Notes: generated by a model from the letters alone, not told the origin. A DNA stretch of 64,000 bases from Azolla caroliniana (GCA_043228905.1 JBHGNT010000009.1:16120001-16184000); one strand, 5' to 3'. Shown: positions 12,603 to 27,395, numbered from the stretch's first letter. Numbers and translations are program-made.

Positions 12603-13406
12603 TGTTGGGGTAGTTGTGGTTCGTGCGGCGAAGTCGCAGGGACTAAGGTTAAAAGGAGTTGACTATATATTTTATAAGGCTTGTGCAACAATGTTAGAAA
12701 GATTAAGGATAGGATGAACAAGAGTTAGAAGTAATGTGCGAGAGACATATGAGCATAGATAAGATATAAGAGACAATGTATGATTTAAGAAGTGAAAATG
12801 TATTATAAGAACAAGCTTTATATTAACAACACAATATTTTACCAAAGTTACAATGTCGATCACAAGATGCTACTTTTCTTTCGCTGAAAGCTAGATTTGA
12901 ACCTTTGACTCCAACTTCAAACCACGAGCCTCTTCCCAAATGAGCTAATTTGTTTGTTTGATCATATTATTTCTCTCACTTTCTCTTGATGGATTACCCT
13001 GTTTTCCCTTCTTTTTATAGGTGCCCCCATGCACATAATGCATGTGAGGGTACAAGACATGCATGTGATGCATGATAGACATCTCGCTCATTTGAGCTTT
13101 CATGTATGAAAATAGGCATTGGATAAGTACAACCATTGAAAGATAATTCTAAAAACAAATAACCTAGTTTAATGGTATATGCTTTATACTTGGCATGTAC
13201 GGTTGTGGGTTCAAGTCTCTCAATGTTACTCAACACAATATTTAATTTTATTTTATGTCCTTCACAATACCTTAGAAACAAATAACTTAACTTAGTGGTG
13301 TGTACTCCGCACTTGGTGTGTGAGGTTATGAGTTCAAGTCTCTAAATTATTACTAAATATAATATTTACGTTCATTTTTATATCGTGAAGCAAATCCTTC
13401 ATGACA
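12603..13406 (-). mobile_element. Solo LTR of the tRNA-Trp / 4-bp-TSD gypsy lineage
   Basis: Homologous to LTR 50652-51427. TSD ACGA/ATGA. Interrupts host RNase H LTGRLTR|WMLLLQEF. Confidence 0.9.
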
Positions 13407-16400
13407 ATGATGGATGCTCCTTCTTCAAGAATTCGACTTTGACATCCAACATCGACCAGGGGTCCAACATGCGGTAGCAGATTACCTTAGCCGTCTCGAA
13501 TCCGAGGAACCAGCCGAAACAGAATATGATGATTTACTTGATGCCAGCTTGTTCACCGTTGACACTACAACCCTGCCTGGAGATCAAGAAGACGCCTGGA
13601 TTATGGACATGACACATTTCCTCAGAACTGGCCTCCCACCCAAACATCTAACATTAAACGCCAAGAAACGGTTGGCGGTCCGAAGTCGTAATTTTTGCCT
13701 GTTTACAGGCACTCTGTATCATAAAGACTCAAATGGCATTTGGAGACGTACGGTACGTTCGAGAAAGATGCAATTTTAAGTGAAGCACACCAGGGCATTG
13801 CCGACGGTCACTACACGGGTGATGCCACAACTCGGAAAATTTGGCAAAGCGGATTATGGTGGCCTACTACGAAAAAAGACACTCACGAATTTTGTAAACA
13901 TTGTGATCTCTGTCAACGCATGGGCCAACCGAGAGAACAAGACCGAATGCCACACCAACCAATCCTCCCTTTCGAACCTTTCTAGAAATGGGGATTGGAT
14001 TTCGTAGGCCCATTCAAACCACCCGCAACGCGTACAGGTAACAAGTACATAATCGTGGTGATCGATTATTGCACAAAATGGGTCGAAGCGAAAGCCCTCC
14101 GCGACAACACGGTCGTGTCAACAACTAAATTCATGTACGAAGATGTGTGGTGTCGCTTTGGATGTCCAATCAAACTAGTGAGCGATCAAGGAGGAGACTT
14201 CGTCAATTGGCTTATTCGCGATTTAACTTCTCATTACGCGGTGGTACATAAGAAAAGCACTCCGTACTATCCTCAAGCCAACGGATTGGCCGAATCCACA
14301 AATAAAACCTTACAGACCATTTTCAAGAAAACTGTGAATGAGCATCGAACAGATTGGTACGAGAAATTGCATAACGCACTGTGGTCTTACTGCACTGCGT
14401 TCAAGACTAGCATTGGGTCCACACCCTTTCGATTGGCATTTGGCTTGGAAGCCGTAATGCCGATCGAGTTCCAAATTCCAACTCTTCGGGTGCAAATAAC
14501 CGAACGATTGTCCGAATCCGAGTCAGAACGACAACGACTGGAACAACTACTCGAACTTGGGGAAGAGCGCATCACTAGTTTCGCGGCCAACGGAGACGAA
14601 AAACGTTCGTAGATCGGCATAGCCGTGATCCCAACCAATCCTTCGTAATCGGCCAACCTGTCCTGGTGTGTTTCAAACACGACTTAGGACAATGTCGGGA
14701 AAACTTCGGTTCCGATGGACGGGACTGTTTTGGATCATTGACACGTACAACGACACGTTTGAGCTCGACACACTGGCCGGGGAAGCTGGAAAGAATTGGG
14801 TCAACGGATTTCGGTTGAAATCGTACTGCGGCCCGACACCACCAAACCCCTTCGTCAAACAACAACACAGCTAGGACCAACCCATGGTAGGTGACACCAA
14901 GGACTTCGGGGGCATCATGCCCCAATCATGGTAATTTTTTAACTACCTGCCACGTGTATACTATTATGAAAAAGAAAAAGAAAAAGAAGACCCACTCACT
15001 ATTTAAAGACAAGGAACGCCACACAAGAAAAGAAAGTAGAAACGGTTCACACGACGCGTGGCCCTTAACTTCTAGTATGGCAAGGAAGATTCTGAATCTA
15101 GGGCACAAGGGCACTTCTCACGAATCGAGGCACCTACATAAAAGGAGCACCTACAGGTAGAGTGCTCGCTTTTGCAAAAACAATCAAGCTCTCACTCCTC
15201 CTACTCAAACTCTCTCTCACTCACACTGTCTCTGCAACCAACCTCTTTCTCGCTCTCCATCTCAATCCTGCGCACTTTCTTGCTCTTCCGAATCCAACAT
15301 GCCAATCAATGTATCATAGGAGCTCCGCACGTGGCTCAGTAGGCACGGTCTGGGAGGTTATCTCAACGTCCTCAACACTGCTCCTTACCCCGAAGCGCAG
15401 GCCATAGCGAAGAAACTACACCCAGATTGCATTATGAACAACCTGATTCGCTCAACACGTCGTTTACAGTGAGGGGCTGAGCACGACATCGACGCATTGC
15501 CCCAACACATCTTGGAGTAGCATTTCGGCGAATATTCGGTCTCTGCTGAAGTCCACCGCACCCATGGAGGACCCAACGAGTTTTTTGGGAACATGGCCCA
15601 TATCCTCTTGGAGTTAGCCTGTATCCATGCCAACCCCTACAATATGCCTAAGAAAAAGGCGAGACTGATCATTATGGCCTATCGAGGCGGAACCATCGAT
15701 TGGGGGATCATCACCGGAGAAGGAGTCCGCGCCACCATTGCCTCCTTCCAATCAGGAAAAAGGTTCTTACTGATACTGGCAAAGTATATCGTTGTGCTCT
15801 ATCCTCCCCAAACACCGACGCCACGCTAAACATTGGCGCTTCCCGCTCCCCCCACTCAGGCCAAACGACAACGCACCTTGTATTTGTCACATGAGGAATG
15901 GTCCGACGACACACCAAACCCAATCCCCATTTCAACACATCTTGAGAAAAACACAGAAGACATGGATAACATTACAATCCGCGAACGCACCAAACCCAAC
16001 CGTCATTTTAACACAGGCCGTGAAAACCACAGAAGACATGGATTACATTACGATAGGCCCATCACCCCCGGCCCAAAGTGACTTCGCCCCGATCTACCCC
16101 TAGCCCACGACTGACCAAACAGACAGAAAGTCCGAAACTTGATCCAGAGACTTTTTGATCATCAGGACCCAAATGAAAAGAAGTCGCGAGGAATTTACCA
16201 CTCCAAAGAGCCCAGCCGCGAAACGCCACCAAATCAACCGTCGCAACAACGAACAAACAAGGGAATGCACGGCTAAAGATAGGCAACTGGTTGTCGTCCC
16301 GAACAAATCCGGACACCACGTTGTCCCTCAACAGACCAATTGATTAGGGCCAACAATCACGATTGTTTGAAAATGAAGTGCTAACCTTCAGGGGTCTTCC

Positions 16401-18005
16401 CGGGGAGGCATACGATTTCGGTGCCATTTTGCAGCACGACACGGCGTACGAACTCATTGAATTCTTAGCTCGTCTCCAAGTCGCCGCCGTAGCCTGCATG
16501 GCCCAAGAACACGCCGAGCAACAATTGATCGAAAGGGCATTGGATAACGAGCTGGTTTCAGATGCTGAGCACAAATTACAGAAGGTGGGGCGTAAAAGAG
16601 CCACGAAGAAACGACACACCCACATTGAGCTTCCTGAGCTTAACATGTAACTTGTAGAAACATATCGTGAACTGGATAGGACAACACGCGTGGCAAAAGA
16701 CATGGCTGCCAACTGTAAATTAGCACGACAACAAGCAAATATTGCCACTGACTTGTGGAAGGCCTCCGAGACCCAGAAGACTGAACTCGAGCAACAACTC
16801 CGAGCAATGGGTCAGACCGCAATGCTCACTCTGCCTCCTCCCACTTCCAACCTACAGGAAGCATCGACTCAAATAGAATTAGCAAATTACGTCGAATTGG
16901 TCGATATAGCCACTCAAACCAACCCAACCCGCCCTCGCGATCAAATGACGGTATCCACTCAAACCGAGGAATATATCAGCACGACCATCCGCAACTATGA
17001 AGAAGAAAATTGCGGACAAGGCTAAAGAATGCCATGAGCAAGCCAAACAGGAGGCTGAGGAAATAAAGGAGTAGGTCGAAAAGAGGGAAGCCGAACTACA
17101 GAAATTGCTCCACGATCGCATGACCTAGCTCCAGGAGGCCAAAAACAACGCTGCAGCATCTCTTAAGTCCATATCGGACATCTTTGCCACACAAATTGCC
17201 TCTCTCAACAAGGAGATCATGGAATTGCAGGAACGCTCCAATCAGTTCCTGGAAAAATTGGACTGAACCGAGCAGGAGCGAGGCCAACTGGCAGACTCCC
17301 TTCACGAACATAAAATAAATGCGACTTTGGAACTTGAATGACATCACAAGGAGTGTAGGAAGGAATCAGTTGAACACACGGACCGCCTCCTCAAACGTTT
17401 CGACCATTTCACGCAGGAGGCGGAAGCACGGGTTGCCGCCCTCAACACATCGTGTGAATTGATCATGGCGAAACTAAAGCTGCAGGTGGAAGAAGCTAAG
17501 TGAGAGGCGACCACGCTCTAAGCGAAGTACGACAAACAACGACAAAAGCTCAACCAAAAGGTCGAAGAGACGCTCGCTAATGGCTGGAAGGAATGGTCGA
17601 CTAAATTGGTCGAACTCCAGGTATCACGGGCTGACGCCGAGAATAGGAAGAAAGAAGGCGGGTCTTCTACAAAATGGATGAAAACAACATCCCAATGGTT
17701 CGAGAAGACCTCACCGAGGACTTCCAAGCCTTAGCAAAAACGCACACCACGGAAATTGGAAACCTCATTGAAGAATTCAACGATGACCAACTATTGTTAC
17801 TGATTGAAATGGAACGGGCTTTCCAAGAAACCGTGCCCGACAAGATCGACGAAGACAAAATGAAGCCGGCACCAAACCAAGAAGAGGAAGCCCCCACACC
17901 ACCAGCAACGAGGCCAGATAAGGAACACGAGCCCAATTTTTTGGCCGAACAGAACACACAACCCGAGTCGCAACCAACCATCTCAGTAGCTTCAAAGGAG
18001 GACAT

Positions 18006-18474
18006 TGTTAGCCGGCCAACAAGGGTAGTCCAGAATGGGAAATGAGGAGATAATTAATAACCGGGAGCTGATTATATATTTACATAGAATTATTATGAAT
18101 TGAGAAGCGAACGGACGGACACGGAATTGGTATGCCGATTCGGATCCGGACCGGTTCGTAGCCGGTTGCCAGTTGCCAGTTGGCACCGGTTTGTACCTAA
18201 AATCGGAGACCTATAAAAAGGGCCCGGTTAGATTGTAATTAGGAGTGGATAATTAATAGAGTGTTGTTGTTCTATATCTTAATCATTGTTAATTACTGTT
18301 CTGTGCTAAGTGTAATTTATCCTACGCGTGTATTGTGACTAACGATATTGCCGCCAGTAACCAATTAGGGTTCCATTAATAGTCGGTCTAACTCTATCTC
18401 ACCTCAACACCCTTTGGTGAAGTGTCTCAAGGGGACACCCTATGTTAGGCCATTGTCTGGCCCTAGCGATAACA
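18006..18474 (+). repeat. 5' LTR
   Basis: TGTTAGCCGG...GCGATAACA, repeated at 29352-29668 + 30377-30523. TATAAAAA near 18212. Confidence 0.92.
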
Positions 18475-18481
18475 CAGTTTT

Positions 18482-18494
18482 TGGCGACCACGGT
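18482..18494 (+). other. Primer binding site, probably tRNA-Arg
   Basis: TGGCGACCACGGT after LTR and a T-run spacer. Resembles the complement of the plant tRNA-Arg(UCG) 3' end (from recall, needs checking). Confidence 0.7.
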
Positions 18495-18613
18495 TCCTAC
18501 ATAAACACAACGAACAACGGTAGGCATGGATGACTAGACCAACAAACGATCTAGTTACAAAGCGAGCAAAAAGACTTGCCGAACGATTGCGAAAGCGAGA
18601 GGCTTTCTAACAG

Positions 18614-21600
18614 GTGGCAGAAGAGATCTGTGCGGATCGTTCATTTTCGAAACTAATCCGGCGAGTGGCCGTAGAGTCACTCCGCGGGCAACAGAATTCC
18701 CTACCGGACGAAGGAAGCTACATGAGCAGTGTCCAGGACGCGGAATCCATTCTGCAGGCACTAGCGACAACGGGAGGCGATTCAGAACCATTCTCGGCCT
18801 TCAAATTAGATTCAGACGGTGAATGCAGCCCCATTCAAATTACTGTAGCGGCCACGATACCCCAGACGGACCAGAGGACGAGCAGTCGGATATCTTGCCG
18901 ACACTAGAACTAGAGTTAATGGAACTGGAAGCCCCAGACCGGCAAGTGGCGGACCAACTTTTGACACCGCCACGTAAGACACCGAAAGAAGAGGAGAAAA
19001 ACCTCTGACACCGAAAGAAGAGGAGGAAAGACCTCCGACACCGAAAGACGTGGAGGGGAGACCTCCAACATCGGACGACGACATGCCGTTCCAATATCCC
19101 AAGTATCGGGATGATTCGAACGTAGAAGCTCATGTCTATGCATTTCTGCAAACATGGGAAACAAACCACGTGTCGCAATGCTTGACCGCCGCCAAAGCAG
19201 AACGCTCGAAGATGGCAGAGTTCGGCATGACCTTGGAAGGACTAGCAACGCGATGGCGCTTGACGCACACTCCCGGCACCATCACGACATTTGAAGACTT
19301 AAAAACCAGATTTTTACAGTTCTTCAACAAGGAGGTAGATCAACGGGAGATGGTCGGCCTATTCTACACCATACGGCAGGAACCTATAGAAACCATTCAA
19401 CAATTCGTAATCCGATTCCAGCAAATGTACAGTCAAATCAATCGGGACCACCGGAGGCAAAGGCTAAAGCAATATTCCTTGCAGCACTCTGGGAACCCCT
19501 GCATATGGTGTGCGTAGTGATTGATTTCCACACCAGCACGATCGACCAAGTCATAGAAAGGGTCAGGGAGATGGAGAAAACAAGCTCGTGGCTAACAATG
19601 GGGGCACTCCTGTGTACATTATCGATAGAGGACGAGTTACGTTTTCAGCAAGCGATACAATGTACGACTTGTCTTAATGTCGGGCACTTGGCAATAGAAT
19701 GTACCATGTGGACACATTGCATGTTATGTCATTCCAGGACGCACACAATGGACCGATGCGAATATAACTTGCTGAACCGGCAAGCGGCACTAGTAAGGCA
19801 ACTCGAACCCCGGAGCAACCGGGAGGAGGAAGAAGAACGTTGGCGGCGAGATGAGCGTTACCGGCTGATGCAAGATATCCGGAACAACGACAGAAAGGAT
19901 GCTCTTGACCGAGACCGGCAGGATAGCTACTGGGATTACAATGGTGAACGATATGAGCGATACAATCGGGATCACTCCCCGGGTTACAACCAATGGAGGG
20001 AGGATCAAGGCAATTATGACAACCGGCCCCGACAGGGTTACCGGAACAAAAAACGCTTCAACAAAAAATGGAACGCTAGAAAGGAGGACCACCAGTGGCA
20101 GCCAGACAAGGGCACGCCAAGTACCCAACCAGACCAAGGCCAAGCACCCAACCGACCACCAATAGGACCTCAACCGGGTACCGGAGCGAACGCCGAATCT
20201 AGTAACACCCGGAAAGCGTACTGCTACTATTGCCGACAACAAGGACATTACAGTAATCAATGTCTAGTTAAAAGCTACGAGAAAAGACCTGATGTAAATA
20301 TGGTGGTAGCAGAAGTCGCCGACATACAACAAGTCACCACTAGGGCAAAAGGAAAAACGGAGTGGGAAACACAGGAGGCAATCCGAAAGCAAGCCATCGA
20401 GTGGGTGAAGAAGGCAAATGAGCAAAATGTGGTTGAGCTTGAACAACAAAAGGAGAAACCGGAAGGGGCCACCGACACGATTCAGCCGGAAAACCCAACA
20501 TGGCAAGCGTTACAAGAATGTCAGATTACGCTGCCATTGGGTTAGTTATTACAGTTAGTGCCCTGGTTTACGGAATGGTTGAAATCAGGAATGACCACAT
20601 CAATTCCGTTGCCGGCTCCTGCGTTCTTCTCGAATCCGGAAGAAGGGCCAACAATGGTAGACACGAATAGTTTGGCAATCACCGCCATCGTCAAAGGACG
20701 AGAACTACCAGGGACGATTGTGGACGGAGGATGGCGTGAATGTGATCAGTCTACGGACTTGTAATACCCTAGGAATACAAGAATGGGAGCCTTGCTTGTT
20801 TTGGCTCCAGATGGAGGATACAAGTTCGGTAAGACCTACCGGTTTGATATGGGATCTAGACGTAACTATCAGAGGTCACGCATTCCGCATTTTGGCGGTG
20901 GTTCTGCAGCTCAATGCGCAAGGGGCTTACTCGTTGTTGCTAGGCCGTCCATGGCTAAATACGGTGCATATAAAACAAAACTGGCGAAAAAACATGATTA
21001 CCTTCCGACGTGGAAAGACTAAAGTAAGGGTACCTACCCACCCTCGAGTGAGTATCGGCAAGGAGCTGACACCGCTATATGCAGAAGGTGTCAACATGCT
21101 CGAGGGGCTTGCGGATGAAGAGGTCGACCAATACTTAGAAGAAAACCCAAAAATTGTACCCCTATTTGAAATCGATGTGGCGGAAGTAGTGTCACCATAT
21201 AGAATGCAATCGGATGATGCCGTCGAGGAACCAGATCAGGAAGCTATCAGAGAATTACAGCAAGCCCAAGAAGCTCTGGAGAGGGAGATGGCGGTATCCC
21301 AATGCGTGAAAGCATCCCAATTAGAGGAAGTGAACTTAGGGACCGAGGACGACGCCAGACCGGTTCATATTGCTAAGGAAATGTCACCGGACAACAAGAC
21401 GACGATGATCACTTTATTAAAGGAATTCCAGGACGTATTCGCTTGGTCATATGAAGACATGTGGGGGCTGGATCCTCAGTTGTACCAACACCAAATACAT
21501 CTCAGCAAGGATGCCAAACCGGTAGCACAACGGTGTTACCAGATGAACCCTAACTATGCGGCAAAGGTCAAAGAGGAAATTGACAAGTTGCTACGGGTCG

Positions 21601-24274
21601 GTTTTATCTGACCAGTGAAAAAAGCTACATGGTTAAGTCCCATAGTCGTTGTGCCGAAAAAGAACGGTAAGATCCGGGTGTGCATTGATTACCGGAAACT
21701 CAATGCAGCGATAGTAACCGACGTTTTTCCCCTGCCGTTTACGGATGGAGTGCTGGACGCGGTAGCCGGTCATGAAGTGTATAGCTTCCTAGACGGTTTT
21801 AGCGGCTACAATCAAATCAGGACGCACCCCAACGACCAAGACAAGATGGCCTTCGTCACCGAATGGGGAGTCTTTGTCGCAGTGGTAATGATGTTCGGGC
21901 TCAAGACTACGCCAACGACCTTCCAACGAATAATCATGGAAATATTTGGCGAGTTCATTCCGACATTCATGCAGGTATTCCTGGATGACTTCGCCGTGTA
22001 TAGCCGAGAAGGAGAACATCTCTAACACCTCCGGCTATGTCTCGAGAAATGCAAGAGTTATCGGCTAAGCCTGAATCCAGCAAAGTGTGTGTTCGGAGTA
22101 ACAAGTGGTGCATTGCTAGGCCATCTTGTTAGCAAGGACGGGATCGCGGTAGACCCCGATAAGGTGAAAGCAATCTTAGAAGCACCGGCGCAATCCACGA
22201 CCAAAGGTTTGAGTCGGTTTCTAGGGCAAATCCGGTGGCATAGCCGGATGCTCCGGTATTTGGCCGATCTTGCTAGACCATTGCATGCCGCGGTTCACCG
22301 AACACCGTTCCAATGGACAAATACGGAGGATGAGGCTTACCGAGCATTGAAAGTACTACTATCACAAGCACCGGTAGTACAACCACCGGACTGGTCAAAA
22401 GAATTCCACGTGTTCATTGATGCGTTCGACATAGCAATCGACAACGCACTAAAAATGCAATTGACGGAACCAAAATGGTACTGACCGGTCTATTATGCTA
22501 GTCGGAAACTATCCCAAGTAGAACGAAATTATTCAACAACGGAACGAGAAGCCTTAGGGATGATTTATAGTGTTACCAAGTTCCGGCACTATTTATTTGG
22601 AAAGAAATTCTCATTTCATGTCGACCACTTAGCGCTAGTCATTTGGTCTCAAAGGCATCACTCACCAACAAGCTGGCTCGGTGGACATTGTTGCTACAAG
22701 AGTTTGAGTTCGAAATATATCACCGGCCGGGAATACAGCATGCGGTTGCTGATTACCTGAGTCGGTTAGATTCTGGCGAGACCGGTGATGGAGTCCCAGA
22801 TGAGTTTCCGGATGCCGAGTTGTTTAAAGTAACAACAGAAACGACAGCCGATAGCACGGTAGTCGACGAAGACAAATGGCTAACCAACATGCATTATTCC
22901 TAAGCACGAGACTCCCACCAGAGGAGATGAATCGGGATGAGCGAAAGTGGTTAGCGGTGCAAAGCTGACATTTTTGTCTCCTACAGGACACCCTGTACCA
23001 CAACGGCGCGGATGGCATATGGAGTTGTGCGAAGCGACGAAAAGGACACAATCTTATGAGAAGCGCACTGTGGCGTTGCCGGAGGGCACTATGCTGGGGA
23101 GGCTACGGCAAGAAAAATATGGCACAGTGGGCTATGGTGGCCGACGACACTAAAGGACTCGGTTCGGTACGTGAAAGTCTGTGATTTGTGTCAGCAGATG
23201 GGCCAACCAACAGAACAGGCAAGGATGCCTCACCAGCCGGTGCTACCCTTAGAACCCTTTCAGAAATGGGGGTTGGATTTTGTTGGGCCGTTTAAACCTC
23301 CCGCAATGAGAACCGGCAACAGATATGTTATAGTCGCCACCGATTATTGCACCAAGTGGGTAGAAGCCAAGGCTTTGTGGGACAACACTACGGCATCAAC
23401 GACAAAGTTCTTATATGAGTACGTCTGGTGCCGGTATGGATGCCCGATCGAGTTAATTAGCGACCAAGGCCGACATTTTCTCGGTCAAGTAGTGGAGAGC
23501 TTAACAACATTCTATGCCGTGGTACACAAGCGTAGTACCCCTTATTATCCACAGGCCAATGGACTGGCCAAATCCACAAACAAAACGCTCCAAAACATCT
23601 TCCGAAAGATCGTCAATGAAAACCGAACTGATTGGGACACCAAGCTGTAGAGTGCACTATGGGCATACCGGACGGCATACAAAACAAGTATCCGGTCAAC
23701 ACCATTCCGGTTAGCATTTGGGCTTGAAGCAGTAATGACAATCGAATTTTAGGTTCCGAGTTTGCGGATATAGGTTAGAGAATGACTAAGTGAAAAGGAA
23801 TTGGAAAAAATCCGGTTAGCCGCATTATGCGAACTCGAGGAGCATCGGATAGCAAGTCTCATGCAGTTGGAACTGGAGCAATGACGAAGGAAGGCGTTTG
23901 TCGACCGACACCGGAAGGGCAATGAAAAGATGTTCAGGATCGGCAAGTCGGTATTGGTGTTCCAGACCCGGATGGGTTAAATGCCGAGAAAGCTACGGTT
24001 CCGGTGGACCGGACCATATTGGATAACGCGGGAATTCAATGGGTCATCCCAGCTTGGAACGCTTGCCGGTGAGATAATGGGCAAATGGGTCAATGGGTTT
24101 CGACTAAAACCATATTGTGGACCTATGCCACAAAATCTGTTCGAGCAGACGGAGGCTGATACAACAGTGGGAAGCAGGAAAGAAGTACCCGACAATCAGG
24201 CAGAGCCGGCGTTACCGGATAACGACAAACAGGTGGCCGGCAAACGTGAAGATGGGGAAAAACCGGGATACTAA
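18614..24274 (+). pseudogene. gag-pol of the 18006-30523 element
   Basis: Collinear ORF fragments 19050-20545 (Gag, CTTCLNVGHLAIEC, CYYCRQQGHYSNQC), 20558-22484 (PR/RT), 22560-24274 (RH/INT) with many nonsense codons. Confidence 0.9.
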
Positions 24275-24468
24275 TGGGCAAATGGGTCAATGGGTTTCGA
24301 CTAAAACCATATTGTGGACCTATGGCACAAAATCTGTTCGAGCAAACGGAGGCTGATACAACAGTGGGAAGCAGGAAAGAAGTACCCGACAGTTAGGCAG
24401 AGCCGGCGTTACCGGATAACGACAAACAGGTGGCCGGCAAACGTGAAGATGGGGAAAAACCGGGATAC
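24075..24468 (+). repeat. 197-bp tandem duplication of the pol 3' end
   Basis: TAATGGGCAAATGGGTC...CCGGGATAC occurs at 24075-24271 and 24272-24468. Confidence 0.9.
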
Positions 24469-26262
24469 AAACTCAGTGCTTCCGGCTAACTAAAACTCAA
24501 TTTAAAAAAAGAAAAGAAAAAAAGAAGTCATCATGCAGAGACGAGGAGCGAACAGACACTTTGAAAAGGTGTGGTGGGTGGCTAATTAAAGCCTTTAAAA
24601 ACAGGCGCACCATGTGTCAACTGACTGCTATATTAGTACAGGACGTGCATGCGCGGGAATCAAGAAAAGGTGCCACGCATGGAGAAAGAAAACCTTCGCC
24701 GCGCAAAGTCCCTTTCATTTCGCAAACACAGAGATCTCGGTGTCCACATGCGATTATGGGTGATCAACCGAGAGCACGTAGGCGCACCCATCTTACCACA
24801 ACCTATCGACTCCGAAGACGACATGGAATGCATGGTACTCTCAGAAGCGGCTAAGAAATGGCTGAAGCAACACGGTCTAGAGGGATTCTTGTGAATAGTC
24901 GAAGTACCGCCAGACGAAGATGCGGAAAATGTCGTTAAAGACATCGACACAGAGGTCATCACCGAGGAAGCCATCCAAGCCATACCGGCCTACCGGAAGG
25001 GGGGATCAACTCGATCGACAACCCTTCGCAGGATCTGCTGACGAGGTATTTTGGGAATACTCCCTGGGCAGCAAGGCGTACCGCACGCAAGGCGGTGAAG
25101 ACCTTCTATTTCGGGAAATTGCTCGGGTACTCCACGAGTATGGCCATGTATACCCCCGACCACCGGCGATGCCTAGGAATAGAGCCGGTTTGATCATAGC
25201 CATCTATGAGGGAGTACAGGTGGATTGGCCGGTGATGATTGCCAACGGCCTGAGTGCTGCCATCATCTTCATAAAAGATGGCAAAAAGATGTGGACAACA
25301 GTGGCGCAATGACTCACTTTGTTAGCACCACTGGTAGAGCCCACGAAACAAAGAAAGAGGGGAAGACTGACAGAATCGACCCCCAAAGCAGCTTCCAAAC
25401 GGCAGCAACTCCTGGCTACCCAGGTGAAGGAACGACAACCGGAGAAAATGCAGGGGCAGGACCCCTTGGTGGAGTTAATCAACAACAAGACCTTGGAAGA
25501 AGAACAACAGGACGACAAGCCGACCAAGACACTGCTACGACGTCGCCAAACAAGTGAAAAAGGCCACGAAGGGGGGACGTCAAGGCTAGCGGAGGACAGT
25601 AAAAAGGAACCCCTCCTTGAGGAGCCACAACCTAGGAAGGCGGCAGAACTGGCTCAACCAGAATCAGGGACGGAGCAAGTGCGGCGGCAGGACATCGCGG
25701 AACCTGCGCTCCAAGACATGGCAGTACCGGTGAATTAGGAACCGGTCATTGAATTGCCGGCATCACCGCCGCAACTGCAATAGCCAGAACCGGAGAGGCC
25801 ATGTGACATAACCGTCAATAGTAGGCTCATGACCAGTGAAAACACTATCCCATGACCACACAGCACAAGCAGTCGATGGCTCCGATGGGTAGTAGAACAA
25901 GTGACTGGTGTTGTCTGCCAGTTAGAAGCGGAAGAGAAAGCGCAGGAAGCCCAGTTGCTAGCCACAACCGAGGAATTAGAGATGGCCCGATCAAGAATCC
26001 GGTGCATGGAAGAAGAAATAGAGAAGGCCAGAACAGAAATGGCCAAGTTGGTCATAGAAGGACCACAGCAATTGGAACCGGTGGCCCCGGTAACTCTACA
26101 TAACGATCAAACCCCGGTGACAGCGGCAGACCCGGATACTCATAAATCGTCAACACAGGAGCTCGCCACACTAAACTCCTGCAAGAAAAAGAGAAACTCT
26201 GGAGGATGGCAGAAGTGGAGATTGAGCGCCTCAAAGAAGAGCTCTGGCAACAAAAAGACCGT

Positions 26263-27395
26263 TGTCGCGAAAATACGACGAGGATACGTGAACTTTGAGG
26301 CAGGACCCCGGGGCCTCCGACTGGAAGATATCAGATTCGTATGATTATATTAAACAATTAATACGAAATGATAAAGATTCACAAATTTCATTAATAAAGG
26401 GAAAGAAAGATTACAATTAATCCCAAGATTGGGATTACAAAAATTTGCTAATGGAGATGATTAGAGTAATAGATTAGAAGAAATGAAATATGGATTTAAT
26501 TAGAATATTAGGGTTTTTAGCTTCAATTCGAAAATTAGGGTTTTTGAGTTATATGGCTTTGATTAGGAAATTAGGGTTTATGACTTCCGTAAGGAAATTT
26601 AGGGTTCTTGGCTTCGATAAGATAAGAGAGCTCCGAAGGAAAAAGAAGAACAATATAATATGGAGAGAGCATATGAGTATAGGGAAAAAAATGGAATTAT
26701 ATATGGAGTTCCTCGTTGATCATATGCCTCCACTTTTTGTTGCATGGCCTCTACTTTTAGTTGCATAGCTTTTCTTTTTGTTGAATCTATTTTTAGTTGC
26801 ATGACTTTTTCTTTCGTTGCATGCGACCGTCCACTTGACCTTTACTTTAGTCTCTTTTACCTTTCTTTAAATAGCCACATGATCCTTTTATCTGTTTGAT
26901 TTGTGTCCAACCTCGTACGGTCGCCGGTTCCGCCCGATCGCCGAATCCCTCGTCGGCCGGTTCCATTTTGCTTGCCGGTCGGTTCCGGTTCCGGTTTGCT
27001 TGCCGATTCCAGTTCCGGTTTGCTTGTCGGTTCCGGTTCCGGTTTTGCTTACCGGCCGGTTTCCGGTTTGCATACCGGTTCCGATTCCGATTTTGCTTAC
27101 CGGCCGGTTCCGGTTCCGGTTTTGCTAACCAGTCGGTTCCGATTTTGCTTGCCGGACGGTTTCGGTTTGCTTGCCAGTTCCGGTTTCGGTTTTGCTTGCC
27201 GGTTCCGATTCCGGTTTTGCGTATCTTCTCAAACTTTATTTTCACATAACTTGATATGTATTTCTCCATTTTGTATATAGTAAAATACATTTTGAAGCTC
27301 TCGAGTATATCCATCTTTCTATAGTAAGCTACTAATCTAATCTATAATAATTATTTCATTATTTTTTTACATAGTGTGTGAAGATTCACACGACA
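26263..27395 (-). mobile_element. Solo LTR (1133 bp), 4-bp TSD lineage
   Basis: TGTCG...CGACA termini, perfect TSD CCGT, host frame QKDR|EDRAR restored on removal. Terminal hairpin resembles that of 29669-30372. Confidence 0.88.
26955..27220. repeat. CCGGTT/TTTGCTT-rich degenerate tandem array inside solo LTR
   Basis: Repeated ccggttccggttttgcttgccgg units. Confidence 0.85.

Noticed and set aside
21970-21995. FLDD instead of YxDD in RT
   Set aside because: FxDD is normal for Athila-like RTs.
26955-27220. CRISPR-like array
   Set aside because: Degenerate tandem repeat without unique spacers, in a eukaryotic TE context with no cas genes.
26847-27314. ORFs rich in RN/RF/TG/PV dipeptides on both strands
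   Set aside because: Translation of the CCGGTT tandem array inside a solo LTR.
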